DNA of 64,000 nucleotides from an uncultured delta proteobacterium (GTDB lineage: Bacteria > Desulfobacterota > Desulfomonilia > Desulfomonilales > Desulfomonilaceae): contig CAWBKB010000003.1 of the NCBI GenBank assembly GCA_963789265.1, positions 832,001-896,000 of the forward strand, given 5' to 3'. Shown here piece by piece: positions 19,595 through 29,529 of the stretch (position 1 is its first letter; every line of letters starts with the position of its first letter). Below the pieces are notes generated by a model. That model saw only the letters and a program-made list of their open reading frames with translations, had not been told where the DNA came from and ran no database searches. The position numbers were made by a program, and so were the translations under genes.

Positions 19595-22183
19595 TCATTC
19601 CAGCCGGCTTGCCACCAATTCTGTTATGTCCATCACTTTAATCTTGGCCTTCTTCTCTTTCCTGGCTCTTGCCGCGGCCTGATTAAATGAGCCTTTGCAT
19701 GAAGGGCATGCGGAAACGATCACGTCGGCCCCGAGGTCGATGGCAGATAAGAGTCGCTTGTAACCGATTTCTCCCGCCATCTCATTATCAAAGCCCTTCA
19801 TGCCGCCTCCGCCGCCGCAGCATTTGGCCTTGTCTCTGTTCAGCGGGAACTCGACAAGCTCGACGCCAGGCAGCGCTTTGAGCACGTTCCGCGGCGGTTC
19901 GTACACCCCCATGTGCCGTCCCATGTCGCACGGATCGTGATAGACCGCCCTGAGGGGCTTTGCGTCGTCCTTGAATTTCAACCTGCCTTCGTTAATCAGT
20001 TGTTCGATGAACTCCACCGCGTGCAAGACGGTATAACCGTTCCCGCCTCCATAATGAGGATAAAGATCACGGAACGTCTTGAGGCAACCCGCGCAGGACG
20101 TGATCAACTGCTTCGGCTTGTACCTCTTGGTCTGCTCGTCGTGAATCTGCATTGCTCTCTTGAAGGTCTGCATATCGCCCACGAGATAGGCAAGGTAACC
20201 ACAGCACGTTTCTTCTTCTCCCAACGCGCCGTAATCAACACCGGCCTTGTCCAGTATTTGCATGAACGCGGGGATAATCTTGACGTCCTGGAAACTTGTG
20301 ACGCAGCCCATGTGCAGAACCGTGTCGGTTTCTCCCGGAACCGCTTTCTTGTACTCGGCCGGGTAGCTGTCGGCTCGCTTCTCTTTGGGAGCAAGCAATG
20401 GATTGGCAGCGTCGATCATTGCAGCCAACGCAGGCTTGAACGCGTCAGGCAGGTACCCCTGTTCCACCAGTCTTTCGCGGGCCGCGCGAATTATGCTGGA
20501 GACCTTTATCTGCGCGGGACATACCGCTTTGCAATTGAGGCAGAGCATGCATTGGTAAAGACGTTTGGCAAGATCCACAGATGGCTGAAGGTTGCCGATC
20601 AACATGTTGTACGCAAGTGTGACGCGGCCTTTCGCGTTCAATGATTCTAGGGTGGTCTCTCCAAAAGTGGGGCAGCCGGCCCTGCAAAAGCCGCATTGGA
20701 TGCATGCTATAATCTCATTGTCAACGTCTTCGGGAAAATGCTCTATTTTTTCGGGCTCGCTCAGATACCGTGTGAAAGCGTTTTCATCCAGAATGTCCTT
20801 GATGGCGCCCTCGAAACCCATCTTGCCCGGATTCAGGATATTGTTCGGGTCGAGGGTTCTCTTAATGTCTTTCATCACCTGCAGCGCTTCGCCCAGTTGG
20901 TACCCGATGTACGGGGACTTGGCCATTCCCACGCCGTGCTCCGCCGATACCGTGCCCCCGTAACGAAGCGTCATCTCGATTAATTCCAGGGCGATTCCCT
21001 TCACCTTTGCCCATTGTTCGGGCTCTGTAGGGTTCATGATGAATGTAGCGTGGAGGTTCCCGTCCCCAATGTGACCGAATGTAGCCACCGGAAAGCCATG
21101 CTTCCGGCCAATCCGCTGAATTTCCGCGATGGTTTCAGGGATTCTGCTGATCGGCACTCCGAAATCTTCCACGAGGGGGACAAGGCGATAACCCGGCTGA
21201 AGTCGGCTCATGGCCGGGACCAGCCCTCCCCTTGCAGCGAAGAGTTTGGCTTTCTCAACCGGATCATCGGACCAGATGTTTCCCAAACCACCAACTGATT
21301 CGCACATCTCGTCGATTTTCTTGATCTGTTCCAGAACAGTGCTCTTGGGGCCGTCGATACCCATGAATAACTGGCAATTGACTTCCTTGGGGATGTCCAT
21401 TTTGAGAGCGTCGCGCGCCACATCGAGGCAAATGTTATCAAGCACCTCGCAAGTGGCCAATTCCAAACCCGAAGTGAAGATTTTTTCAACTGCTCTGCCC
21501 GCAGTGTCCACGTCCGGGAAGGAGGCTTTTGCAAAGGCCTCGTACTCAGGCACTGGAAGAATCTTCAAGACGGCCTGAGTGATGATCCCAAGGGTCCCTT
21601 CCGAACTGGCAAAGAGGTGAGTGAGGTCATAGCCTGCGGAACTTTTCGGAGCTACATCCCCGGTTTGGATGACTTTTCCGTCTGCCAGCACGACAGTGAG
21701 GCCCTTCACGTAATCTTTGGTTGTTCCGTACTTGGCCGCCCGGACTCCGCTGGCGTTAGTTGATATCATCCCGCCAATCGTAGCCACAGGAGCGCTCCCC
21801 GGATCAGGTGGGAAGAAATGGGTAGGTGCCAACTTTGCATTTAGGGCATTACAGATTACACCCGGTTCAACTATCACGTAACCGTCGGGCTTGTTGATCT
21901 CCTTTACTGAGTTCATACGAGAAAGATCCAGTACAACTCCACCTTTCACCGCAAGTACAGCTCCGGTAACCGAGGAGCCGGTGCCTCTAGCTACGACGGG
22001 GATCCCCTCCGAGTTTGCCAGAGCCAGAATTTGGCTCACCCGTTCGGTTTCGCTGGCGAACACGACGGCTTGAGGCACGCCCGAATGGATGGACATGTCT
22101 CTGGAGTAGGCCAAACAATCCACCGGCGAAACAGTTATATTGTCCGCCCCCACTATGGCGCTCAAGTTCTCGATAAACCCCAT
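19595..22183 (-). CDS. Fused FAD-linked oxidase (GlcD/LdhD-like) and Fe-S/CCG-domain protein (GlcF-like); probable lactate/glycolate-type dehydrogenase
   Basis: FPPDPGS, SEGTLGII, FGHIGDGNLH, SAEHGVG, LNPGK, then CIQCGFCRAGCP, CMLCLNCKAVCP, TCCG, YHDPC, CCGGGGG, SACPSC. Confidence 0.9.
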   Translation of the reverse strand: MGFIENLSAIVGADNITVSPVDCLAYSRDMSIHSGVPQAVVFASETERVSQILALANSEGIPVVARGTGSSVTGAVLAVKGGVVLDLSRMNSVKEINKPDGYVIVEPGVICNALNAKLAPTHFFPPDPGSAPVATIGGMISTNASGVRAAKYGTTKDYVKGLTVVLADGKVIQTGDVAPKSSAGYDLTHLFASSEGTLGIITQAVLKILPVPEYEAFAKASFPDVDTAGRAVEKIFTSGLELATCEVLDNICLDVARDALKMDIPKEVNCQLFMGIDGPKSTVLEQIKKIDEMCESVGGLGNIWSDDPVEKAKLFAARGGLVPAMSRLQPGYRLVPLVEDFGVPISRIPETIAEIQRIGRKHGFPVATFGHIGDGNLHATFIMNPTEPEQWAKVKGIALELIEMTLRYGGTVSAEHGVGMAKSPYIGYQLGEALQVMKDIKRTLDPNNILNPGKMGFEGAIKDILDENAFTRYLSEPEKIEHFPEDVDNEIIACIQCGFCRAGCPTFGETTLESLNAKGRVTLAYNMLIGNLQPSVDLAKRLYQCMLCLNCKAVCPAQIKVSSIIRAARERLVEQGYLPDAFKPALAAMIDAANPLLAPKEKRADSYPAEYKKAVPGETDTVLHMGCVTSFQDVKIIPAFMQILDKAGVDYGALGEEETCCGYLAYLVGDMQTFKRAMQIHDEQTKRYKPKQLITSCAGCLKTFRDLYPHYGGGNGYTVLHAVEFIEQLINEGRLKFKDDAKPLRAVYHDPCDMGRHMGVYEPPRNVLKALPGVELVEFPLNRDKAKCCGGGGGMKGFDNEMAGEIGYKRLLSAIDLGADVIVSACPSCKGSFNQAAARARKEKKAKIKVMDITELVASRLE

Positions 22184-22544
22184 GTCAGTGTCCTCCTGGG
22201 ACAGAAACCCTTACTCTTGGTTAATGGTGTCAAAAGGCATTCTAAATGTTTGCGATGGGTTTAAGACTGGAAAAACCTCACGGCTGAATAAACCAAATTC
22301 ATGATACCGTAATGTCGCAAATAAATCAAACATACTCCAGGGCTTTATAACAGTCCCTGAACAGGCTCATTTGATGCTTACCCCGGCAGCGAAATCACGG
22401 CCGTCATTCAGATATGTTCGTCATAGTGAAAAAAGTTGAGGGGTGAAGGTGCAGGATGATGAAGTGATGCGTAGCTCATGAGCGGGTTCGGCCCTCGCGA
22501 CCTGCGGGTGCAAGGACGCAGGCAAAGCCCTCCCATAGATCCAT

Positions 22545-23499
22545 CTACCCGCTCTGCCACGGCAGCCTGTCCAAATCCACATTTCCGCCTGAAAGTATTA
22601 AGCCCACGCGCAGTCCGGCCAAGTCAATTTTGTGCTCCCACAAAGCGCATACGGCCACCGCTGCCGAAGGCTCTATGATGATTTTCATCCGTTCCCACAC
22701 AAATCGCATGGCCGCGATTATGCCACCCTCGCTCACGGTGACAATTTGCTCCACACGCTTCCGGATAATGGCAAAAGTCAAATCTCCAAGCGAGGCCCGC
22801 AGTCCGTCCGCGATGGTCTGTGGATTGATCGATGGGATGATTTCCCCCGCGGCAAGCGAACGGAAGGCATCGTCAGCGCGTTCGGGTTCAGCACCGATGA
22901 CTCGTATGGCGGGAAAAAGTTCCTTCGCCGCGATGCCGGTGCCGCTCAGCAGGCCGCCGCCACCTACCGGGGCGAGGATAACGTCCAAGTCCCGGACGTC
23001 CTGCAACAACTCCAGAGCCGAGGTGCCCTGACCTGCAATCACATCACAATTGTTGTACGGATGCACGATTGTCGCACCCGTTTCGTCGGCCACTTGAGCC
23101 AAAGTGGATTCACGCGCTTTGAGCGTTGGCTCGCAGAAAATGATTTTACCGCCGTAACCTGCTACCCCTGCCTTTTTCACTGCCGCCGCATTGTTCGGCA
23201 TCACAATGTGGGCCGGAATCCCGCGCAGCTGTGCCGCGAGTGCCAGAGCCTGGGCATGGTTACCCGACGAGTGCGTGACTACTCCCTGGGCAGCGTCGGT
23301 TTCCCGAAGTGAAAGAACCGCGTTGTACGCACCGCGAAACTTAAACGTGCCCACTTTTTGCAGATTTTCACATTTCAGAAAGACTTGGGCCCCAACCTGT
23401 CGATCGAGACTCGCGGCAGGTCAGCACCGGTGTACGGTGGGAATGTGGCCGGATACGGTCGGCAGCTTGGTAAATTTCGGTGATAGTGGGTGCGTCCAT
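22545..23499 (-). CDS. PLP-dependent serine/threonine dehydratase / serine racemase family (+1 frameshift near 23415)
   Basis: MDAPTITEIYQAADRIRPHSHRTPVLTC, then LKCENLQKVGTFKFRGA, HSSGNHAQA, PVGGGGLLSG, EPSAA, LSGGNVD. Confidence 0.9.
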
Positions 23500-23866
23500 T
23501 GGCTTTCTCCGCCATTCGTACAGTCGTCAAATCGAAACAGCGGCCACGGCAGGTGCGGCCTGGCGCTCCACTCTTTGACTGGCACACTATCCTGCACCGT
23601 AAGTGAGGAGAAAGGTTTCGTCAAGAACATGCGACGTTTTTGTCCCCCTGGGAGAATGGGAGAAAAACCCTCGCCTTCAGACGAAGACTTCAGTGCGTAC
23701 CCATTGTACATGTGTGGCACAAGATACAAAGATGGCAGTAGGATGCTGGTGAGCGCAGCGAACTGCATCGCTCGCGCTTTTTTCTCGATTGATGCGGTTC
23801 CCCCGCGGAGAAGGCGGGCTCACCAGCATCCTACGCCGATATCGACTCCGGTTTCTCGGCGGCAGC

Positions 23867-23936
23867 GCCCGCCGGATTCATCCGGGGGAGCGAAAATACC
23901 GCCGAAGCCACCGCCTTCAGGCGGTGGAGCCTTCAC
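23867..23936 (+). mobile_element. IS200/IS605-type end hairpins (transposase-less remnant)
   Basis: GCCCGCCGGATTCATCCGGGGGAG then GAAGCCACCGCCTTCAGGCGGTGGAG-CCTTCAC: a subterminal hairpin followed by terminal TCAC, as in IS605/IS1341 right ends. Confidence 0.55.
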
Positions 23937-24051
23937 TCCTCTGCCTTGCCTGTGGAACCGACTGTTCCAGGTGAGCGGCAGCATGATCTCAGACGATGTA
24001 GCTAAGGTTCGTGTTTTGACACATTCATGCGTGATTGATATGTTTTGATGT

Positions 24052-24365
24052 ATGAGAACGACACTAAGAATAAACGACGAGCTTCTCAAGCAGGCGAAGA
24101 ACCGCGTGGCCGATGAAGGGCGAACCTTGACGTCTCTGGTTGAAGACGGCTTGGCACTCGATCCTGGCTGAATCTAAGAAGGGCCCTAAGAAACCGGTGC
24201 AGTTGCCGGTATCTAAGGCATCCGGAGGAGTGATGCCGGGAGTTGACCTCAACAGGTCGTGAGAGTTGGAGTAGCTCATGAACAAGACATAATAGTTCCG
24301 GACGTCAACGTTCTCGTGCATACCTTCCGTTTCTGATTCTTCAGACCATAAAGTGTGGCGTACGA
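24052..24365 (+). pseudogene. Decayed vapBC pair (RHH antitoxin plus 5' fragment of PIN toxin)
   Basis: MRTTLRINDELLKQAKNRVADEGRTLTSLVEDGL, frameshift, LPVSKASGGVMPGVDLNRS* with further stops; then IVPDVNVLVHTFR/DSSDHKVWR. Upstream TTGACA-17-TATGTT at 24016-24044. Confidence 0.75.
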
Positions 24366-24415
24366 ATGTCAGCAGGCTTTTAGGGACTGATGGTTCACCG
24401 CTGAGAGATAATGAA

Positions 24416-24705
24416 ATGGATGCTATTGTTATGTTAAGAGAAAAGAAGGAAGAGATTATTAGAATAGCAGTACGTCACGGTGCTCGAAACGTCCGCGTTT
24501 TGGGTGGGTAGCCCGCGGAGAAGCCGACGAGGCCAGTGACATTGACCTGCTTGTCAGCTTCGATCCAGAAGCTAGCCTACTGCAGCACGCTGTCTTGATT
24601 CGAGAGCTGCGCGACTTCCTCGGTTGTTTCGTGGATGTTGTTGATGACGATGGACTTCGTCCGAGCATGAGTGACCGAGTGTTGGACGAGGCAGCTCCCT
24701 TATAA
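24416..24705 (+). pseudogene. MNT (MntA-type nucleotidyltransferase) antitoxin, frameshifted
   Basis: LREKKEEIIRIAVRHGARNVRV, frameshift, VARGEADEASDIDLLV...VDVV...RVLDEAAPL*. Confidence 0.8.
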
Positions 24706-25129
24706 GATGCCGGCGCGAGATTACTCGACATATTGCAGGCAATAGAAGAAATTGAGGAATATGTAGCCTCGGGGCACGATGCCTAAGTTCAGAACAAGCT
24801 CACCGAGTTATGGATGATCCTCCATCGGCAGAGAATCGGGGAAGCTACCGCTCGCCTTTCCGACATGATTGGCGGCCGGTACCCCGACATCCCGCGGCAA
24901 GACATCGTTCCTATGAAAACGTCCTGTTACCGACCGGCAAGATGCCGGTCCTACTGACGTTTTCATGTTTCGCTGTAGCTTTATAGCTATGGGAGTTGGT
25001 ATGAGGAATTTGCTGATACACGAATACTTTGGCGTAAGTTTGAAACGTGTGTGGATGACAGTAATCAATGACCTGCCGGTGCTCAAAACGTGCGTGGAGC
25101 GTATACTTGAAGGCCGGCAGGAGCCTTAG
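24706..25129 (+). pseudogene. HepT/DUF86 HEPN toxin pseudogene with internal stop and REP-containing insertion
   Basis: RLLDILQAIEEIEEY...*...IGEATARLSD...YPDIPRQDIV [insertion 24910-24997] GMRNLLIHEYFGV...VWMTVINDLPVLK. Confidence 0.8.
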
Positions 25130-25631
25130 TGCCTAACGTGGCGACCTAAATCTACTTGATCGCCACAGGTCCATTGCCTCTCTCGAGAAAACGCTCGGCC
25201 GGATGATCCCATGGAAGAAATACGGGATCAGGAAACAAGGCCGGCAGACTATGTCGAAGAATTTCTAAAAAAAACTTAACACATCTTGACCGAGTAGGTT
25301 TATTATGGAGGGCATGAGAGCCGGCAGCGTCTTTCGCCGTTCTCAAAGCATTCTGCTGCCGGACCCACATCAAGTAGGAGAGCCCGTTGCGGAGGCAGAG
25401 AATGTCTCCGGCCTCCTGGCTACATTCTGGCCTAAGGGGTGTGAAAACCTGACCCCGACCACGATGAACGAGTTGTCGATCCCGGATGAAATCATTAGGA
25501 GTTTCAGGTGCGCTGTTGTAACGCACTTCAGGAAAACTGGAACCTCAATCTTCAACCCATGACGAAAGGAGAGACGATGATTCGGCACGAGAAGGTTTCA
25601 GCGATTCACGATCGAAGGAAAGGAGGGGCCT

Positions 25632-26096
25632 ATGATCTCTCTCAATGTGAACGGTAAGGTTCATGAATTGGATGTTCCCGGTGACATGCCTTTGCTTTGG
25701 GCACTCCGGGATCATCTGAATCTCAAGGGTACAAAGTACGGCTGCGGCATTGGAGAATGCGGCAATTGTACGGTTCATGTCGACGGCGAAGCTCTGCGCT
25801 CGTGCCAGGTCACCGTTGACGAGGTCCAGCGCAAGAAGATCACAACGATTGAAGGGCTTCCGGAAAATCATCCTGTGAAACAGGCGTGGATTAAGGAGCA
25901 AGTCCCCCAATGCGGTTACTGCCAACCGGGGATGATTATGCAGGTCGCGGCTCATCTATCCGGCAAGCCGACTCCTGACGCCGATCAAGTCATCAGTAAG
26001 ATGGATGATGTCATCTGCCGGTGCGGAACCTATCCCTACATCAAACAAGGCATCAAGACGGCCATTCAGATCATGAAAAAGGAGGGCAAGACATGA
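25632..26096 (+). CDS. (2Fe-2S)-binding small subunit, isoquinoline 1-oxidoreductase/aldehyde oxidoreductase type (IorA-like)
   Basis: PLLWALRD, GTKYGCGIGECGNCTV, QCGYCQPG, CRCGTY. Confidence 0.92.
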   Translation: MISLNVNGKVHELDVPGDMPLLWALRDHLNLKGTKYGCGIGECGNCTVHVDGEALRSCQVTVDEVQRKKITTIEGLPENHPVKQAWIKEQVPQCGYCQPGMIMQVAAHLSGKPTPDADQVISKMDDVICRCGTYPYIKQGIKTAIQIMKKEGKT

Positions 26097-28300
26097 AAAA
26101 TACCTCCATTTCCAGACGTGGTTTTTTGAAGGGTTCCCTGGCCGTTGCCGGCTTGACGGTCGCTGTTTCCGTCAGCCCCTTCGGGTACAAACTCCTCAAT
26201 GCCTCAGAAAACAAACCGGGAGAGATCCCTGGGTTCAGCCCCAATGCCTGGTTCACTATTACCCCGGATAACAAGGTCGCCATTTTCGTCGGCAATTCCG
26301 AGATGGGGCAGGGCGTGCTGACTTCTCTTCCCATGCTGGTTGCGGATGAGCTTGGGGCGGACTGGAAACAGGTTCAGGTGCATCAGGCTCCAGCCCAAGA
26401 TGCATACAAGAGCCCCATTCTGGGTGCCCAGATTACAGTGGCAAGCGCCAGCGTGAGGGGATTTTATGAACCTTTGAGAAAGGCGGGCGCAGCGGGCCGG
26501 AGTATGCTCATTAAAGCTGCAGCCTCGACCTGGAAAGTCCCCGAAAAGGAATGCCATGCAGCGTCGGGCACAGTGAAGCACCAGAAGAGCGGCCGGTCCT
26601 TGACCTATGGGCAACTTTGTCTGGAAGCGGCGAAACTGCAGGTTCCCAAGGATCCGCCGCTCAAGAATGAAAGCGAATTTACGTATATTGGCAAACCAAT
26701 GCCCAGGGTGGATGTGACGGACAAGGTCAACGGGAAAGCAACCTATGGCATTGATGTGACGGTCAAGGATTTGCACTATGCGGTTATCGCGCGGCCTCCC
26801 GCCTATGGTGCCAAACCGATTTCCTATGATGAGAAAGCGGCGCAGAAGATCAAAGGGGTGCTAAAAGTCATGCCGATCCCTATGGGGATCGCTGTCTGTG
26901 CAGATTCGATGGGAGCGGCCCTCAAAGGACGGGATGCCCTTAATGTGAAATGGGACAAAGGCGCTCTTCCGCAGATGGACAACAATTATGTTGAAAAATC
27001 GCTTTTGGAGGATCTGAACAAACCGGGGGCTTCGGCTGTGAAGACAGGCGACGCGAAGAAGGCAATCAGTGGAGCCGATAAGAAGATCCAGGCCACTTAT
27101 TACGTCCCGTGTATCGCCCATGCCACCATGGAGCCGATGAATTGCACAGCTTCCGTAACTAAGGACCTGTGTGAGATATGGGCGCCTATTCAGGCCCAAG
27201 TGGCTGCTTTGGCGGTTGGGTCACAAATCAGCGGACTTCCCATGGAGAAGATCCGCGTGAACACTACCTTCTTGGGAGGCGGTTTGGGGAGACGGGGCAA
27301 ACCGGATTTTGTCGTTGAAGCAGTCATCCTTTCAAAAGCACTTGGGAAACCGGTCAAAGTCCTATGGACGAGAGAAGAAGACATCAAGTACGATGCCTTT
27401 CGTCCCCCGACGTCTCACCGGATCGAGGCCGGCCTCGATGCCCAAGGCCGGTTGGTCGGATGGTCTCACAAGGTCGTGTGTCCATCTCTTTTGAAAGACA
27501 TCGAACCAAAGGCAATAAAGAACGGGATCGATTTCTTTTGCCTGTGGGGCCTTGCAGATGCCCCGGGCTCTCCCATGTGGAATAACAAAATCCAGTATGA
27601 AATACCCAATTTCGACGTGGAGCTTCTTATCTCCAATTTGCCTATGCCCGTTGCTCCTTGGCGTTCGGTCCAGAACGGTCCCAATGGCTTTATCATTGAA
27701 TCTTTCGTTGATGAATTGGCACATGCGGCAGGAAAAGACCCTCTGGAGTTTCGCCTTCAAATCCTAAAGAACAATATGCGAGCCAGCAGGGTGTTGCAGA
27801 CGGTGGCTGAAAAGGCAGGTTGGGGTAAACCAATCCCCAAAGGTCAAGCCCGTGGCATTGCTCAATATGCGTGTTTTGGGAGCTACACCGCCACGGTGGC
27901 GGACATCTCGGTTGACAACAAAGATGGCAAGATCAAGGTACATAGGATTGTTACCGCTATTGATTGCGGTCCCACGGTGAATCCGGGGCCTATCGTCGAA
28001 CAAATGGCAGGTGGCATTAATATGGCCCTGAGCACAGTTCTGAAAGAGGAGATACAGTTTGCAAACGGCGGGGTGAAATCGGCCAACTTCGACGACTATG
28101 ATGTAATTCGGATGAGCGAAGTGCCTGAGATAGAGGTCCACATCGTCAAGAGCAGCGAGAAGATTGGAGGCGTAGGAGAGTTGGGCGTTCCTGCAACGGC
28201 ACCTGCCGTGGCCAATGCCTTCTTCAAGGCCACCGGTGTTCGTATAAGGCGTCTACCTCTTAGCTCGGCGAATGTTTTAAATGCCCTGAAGAAATCGTAA
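26093..28300 (+). CDS. Molybdopterin-binding large subunit, xanthine dehydrogenase family (IorB-like), with Tat signal
   Basis: SRRGFLK twin-arginine motif, SEMGQG, AHATMEPMNC, LGGGLGRR, WTREED, WRSV, GGVGELGVPATAPAVANA; ATGA overlap with the small subunit. Confidence 0.92.
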   Translation: MKNTSISRRGFLKGSLAVAGLTVAVSVSPFGYKLLNASENKPGEIPGFSPNAWFTITPDNKVAIFVGNSEMGQGVLTSLPMLVADELGADWKQVQVHQAPAQDAYKSPILGAQITVASASVRGFYEPLRKAGAAGRSMLIKAAASTWKVPEKECHAASGTVKHQKSGRSLTYGQLCLEAAKLQVPKDPPLKNESEFTYIGKPMPRVDVTDKVNGKATYGIDVTVKDLHYAVIARPPAYGAKPISYDEKAAQKIKGVLKVMPIPMGIAVCADSMGAALKGRDALNVKWDKGALPQMDNNYVEKSLLEDLNKPGASAVKTGDAKKAISGADKKIQATYYVPCIAHATMEPMNCTASVTKDLCEIWAPIQAQVAALAVGSQISGLPMEKIRVNTTFLGGGLGRRGKPDFVVEAVILSKALGKPVKVLWTREEDIKYDAFRPPTSHRIEAGLDAQGRLVGWSHKVVCPSLLKDIEPKAIKNGIDFFCLWGLADAPGSPMWNNKIQYEIPNFDVELLISNLPMPVAPWRSVQNGPNGFIIESFVDELAHAAGKDPLEFRLQILKNNMRASRVLQTVAEKAGWGKPIPKGQARGIAQYACFGSYTATVADISVDNKDGKIKVHRIVTAIDCGPTVNPGPIVEQMAGGINMALSTVLKEEIQFANGGVKSANFDDYDVIRMSEVPEIEVHIVKSSEKIGGVGELGVPATAPAVANAFFKATGVRIRRLPLSSANVLNALKKS

Positions 28301-28312
28301 GAATACGACATG

Positions 28313-28346
28313 TTTGGTAGTGTCCCTAACTGGGACACTACCAAAA
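28313..28346. terminator. Bidirectional intrinsic terminator
   Basis: Perfect 14-bp stem TTTGGTAGTGTCCC-TAACT-GGGACACTACCAAA between convergent genes. Confidence 0.8.
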
Positions 28347-28350
28347 AGTG

Positions 28351-29187
28351 TTACTGAGTCTGTTTTTCCGAGAAGTTCACAAATTCCTCGACGCATGGAT
28401 TGTCGGCTTTCCGATTCCAGTAATAAAGAAACCTCGTGGATATGGGGTATAGCGACTCCTTGGTAACCCCGCCTGACATTGGATACGGCACTGAATGTTC
28501 GTCTTTCTTCAAGCTCACCATCTTTACCCCGCCTTCTCCCATTTTATCAAAGAAAGTAGTTGACGTCGGAATATATCCTATAGCAAAGGATTTGCCGCAG
28601 ACCCTGAGAGTCATGTTGTAGTTGCTCATCACCACACTGTCTCTTGCGTAAGGGGCTCCTTTCAGCACCTTCTCCTGGAAAAGCACTCCCACGCCCGACT
28701 CGGGAACCGCCCTCCTCGTAACTTTTATGGGTTCATTTGGTCCGCCCACCTGTCTCCAGTTTTTGTATTCCCCTTTGAATACCTTTGCTAGTTGCTCGAG
28801 TGTCAGCTCCTTGACGCTATTCTTGTCGTTTGTAATGATAGCTAGTTCCACCTGCCCCATGTATTTGGAAACGATAACCAATCCTTTCTGCAAGGCCTGC
28901 TTGGCTTCATCGGCCGTTATCTCTCTAGAGGCCACGACTAAGTCCGCCTCCCCGTTAAATAGCATTTTGAAGCCTTGGCCGGTGGTTGCCCCGATTACGG
29001 TAATGGAGCAGTTTGGCCCTTTCTCGGCGTACGACTCAGCATAGGTTTGCGCTATGTTGGCAAGCGCGCCTGCCCCACAAACTCTCACTGCCCTTTTGGG
29101 CTGGGCTGTCGCAGCAGAAACGGAGGCCAGCCAGAGAAGTGACACCATAGCAGCCGAAAGGATGATGTTTGACCCGGTTCTTCTCAT
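28351..29187 (-). CDS. PstS-like periplasmic substrate-binding protein (PBP2 fold), solo
   Basis: Signal peptide; ADLVVASREIT, LAIITND.NSVKELTLEQLAKVFKG..KNWRQVGG, AIGYI, YPISTR. Confidence 0.75.
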   Translation of the reverse strand: MRRTGSNIILSAAMVSLLWLASVSAATAQPKRAVRVCGAGALANIAQTYAESYAEKGPNCSITVIGATTGQGFKMLFNGEADLVVASREITADEAKQALQKGLVIVSKYMGQVELAIITNDKNSVKELTLEQLAKVFKGEYKNWRQVGGPNEPIKVTRRAVPESGVGVLFQEKVLKGAPYARDSVVMSNYNMTLRVCGKSFAIGYIPTSTTFFDKMGEGGVKMVSLKKDEHSVPYPMSGGVTKESLYPISTRFLYYWNRKADNPCVEEFVNFSEKQTQ

Positions 29188-29464
29188 AGGCGGTTCCCTT
29201 CGTGAAAGTGTTATTCTTTACGGAGGAAGCGGAACTCCCCCCGATCAGTTTCTATTAAAATGCTGTTAAGAGTCAAATTGAATTTGATTAGTCTTCGTAG
29301 CGCGGCCTCAAAGTTGTAATTGAACAAGTTGTGATATCTCCTCTATTTTGGAACTTATTCAGATCTATACCCTGAAAGCCCGCTTGACAAGAGGCTTCTT
29401 TTCCCTCGAGGAATCGTCACCTCCCCTTACAAGTGCCGACCTGTAGCGACTGCTGCGGTTGGAT

Positions 29465-29493
29465 TTGCCTCTGAGTGCGATTATTGCTATAAT
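29465..29493 (+). promoter_or_regulatory. sigma70-type promoter
   Basis: TTGCCT-17 nt-TATAAT with TG extension, upstream of a GGAGG RBS and ATG 29530. Confidence 0.65.
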
Positions 29494-29529
29494 ATTGGCA
29501 TCTAGTAAAATTTGGTGGAGGTATTTTCG

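Noticed and set aside
23580..23597. TGGCAC...TGCA as a sigma54 promoter
   Set aside because: GG-to-GC spacing is 11 nt rather than the required 10, and no suitable gene lies downstream.
23191..24048. 285-aa plus-strand ORF
   Set aside because: Overlaps the dehydratase antisense and runs through repeat hairpins; no RBS or family features.
25130..25180. GCCTAAC right after the hepT stop, suggesting an integron attC site
   Set aside because: A hairpin exists (GTGGCGA/TCGCCAC) but there is no matching GTTAGGC/GTTRRRY end and no integrase or cassette array.
25305..25562. 85-aa ORF upstream of the iorA-like gene
   Set aside because: No RBS, motif or family resemblance; it cannot be supported from sequence alone.
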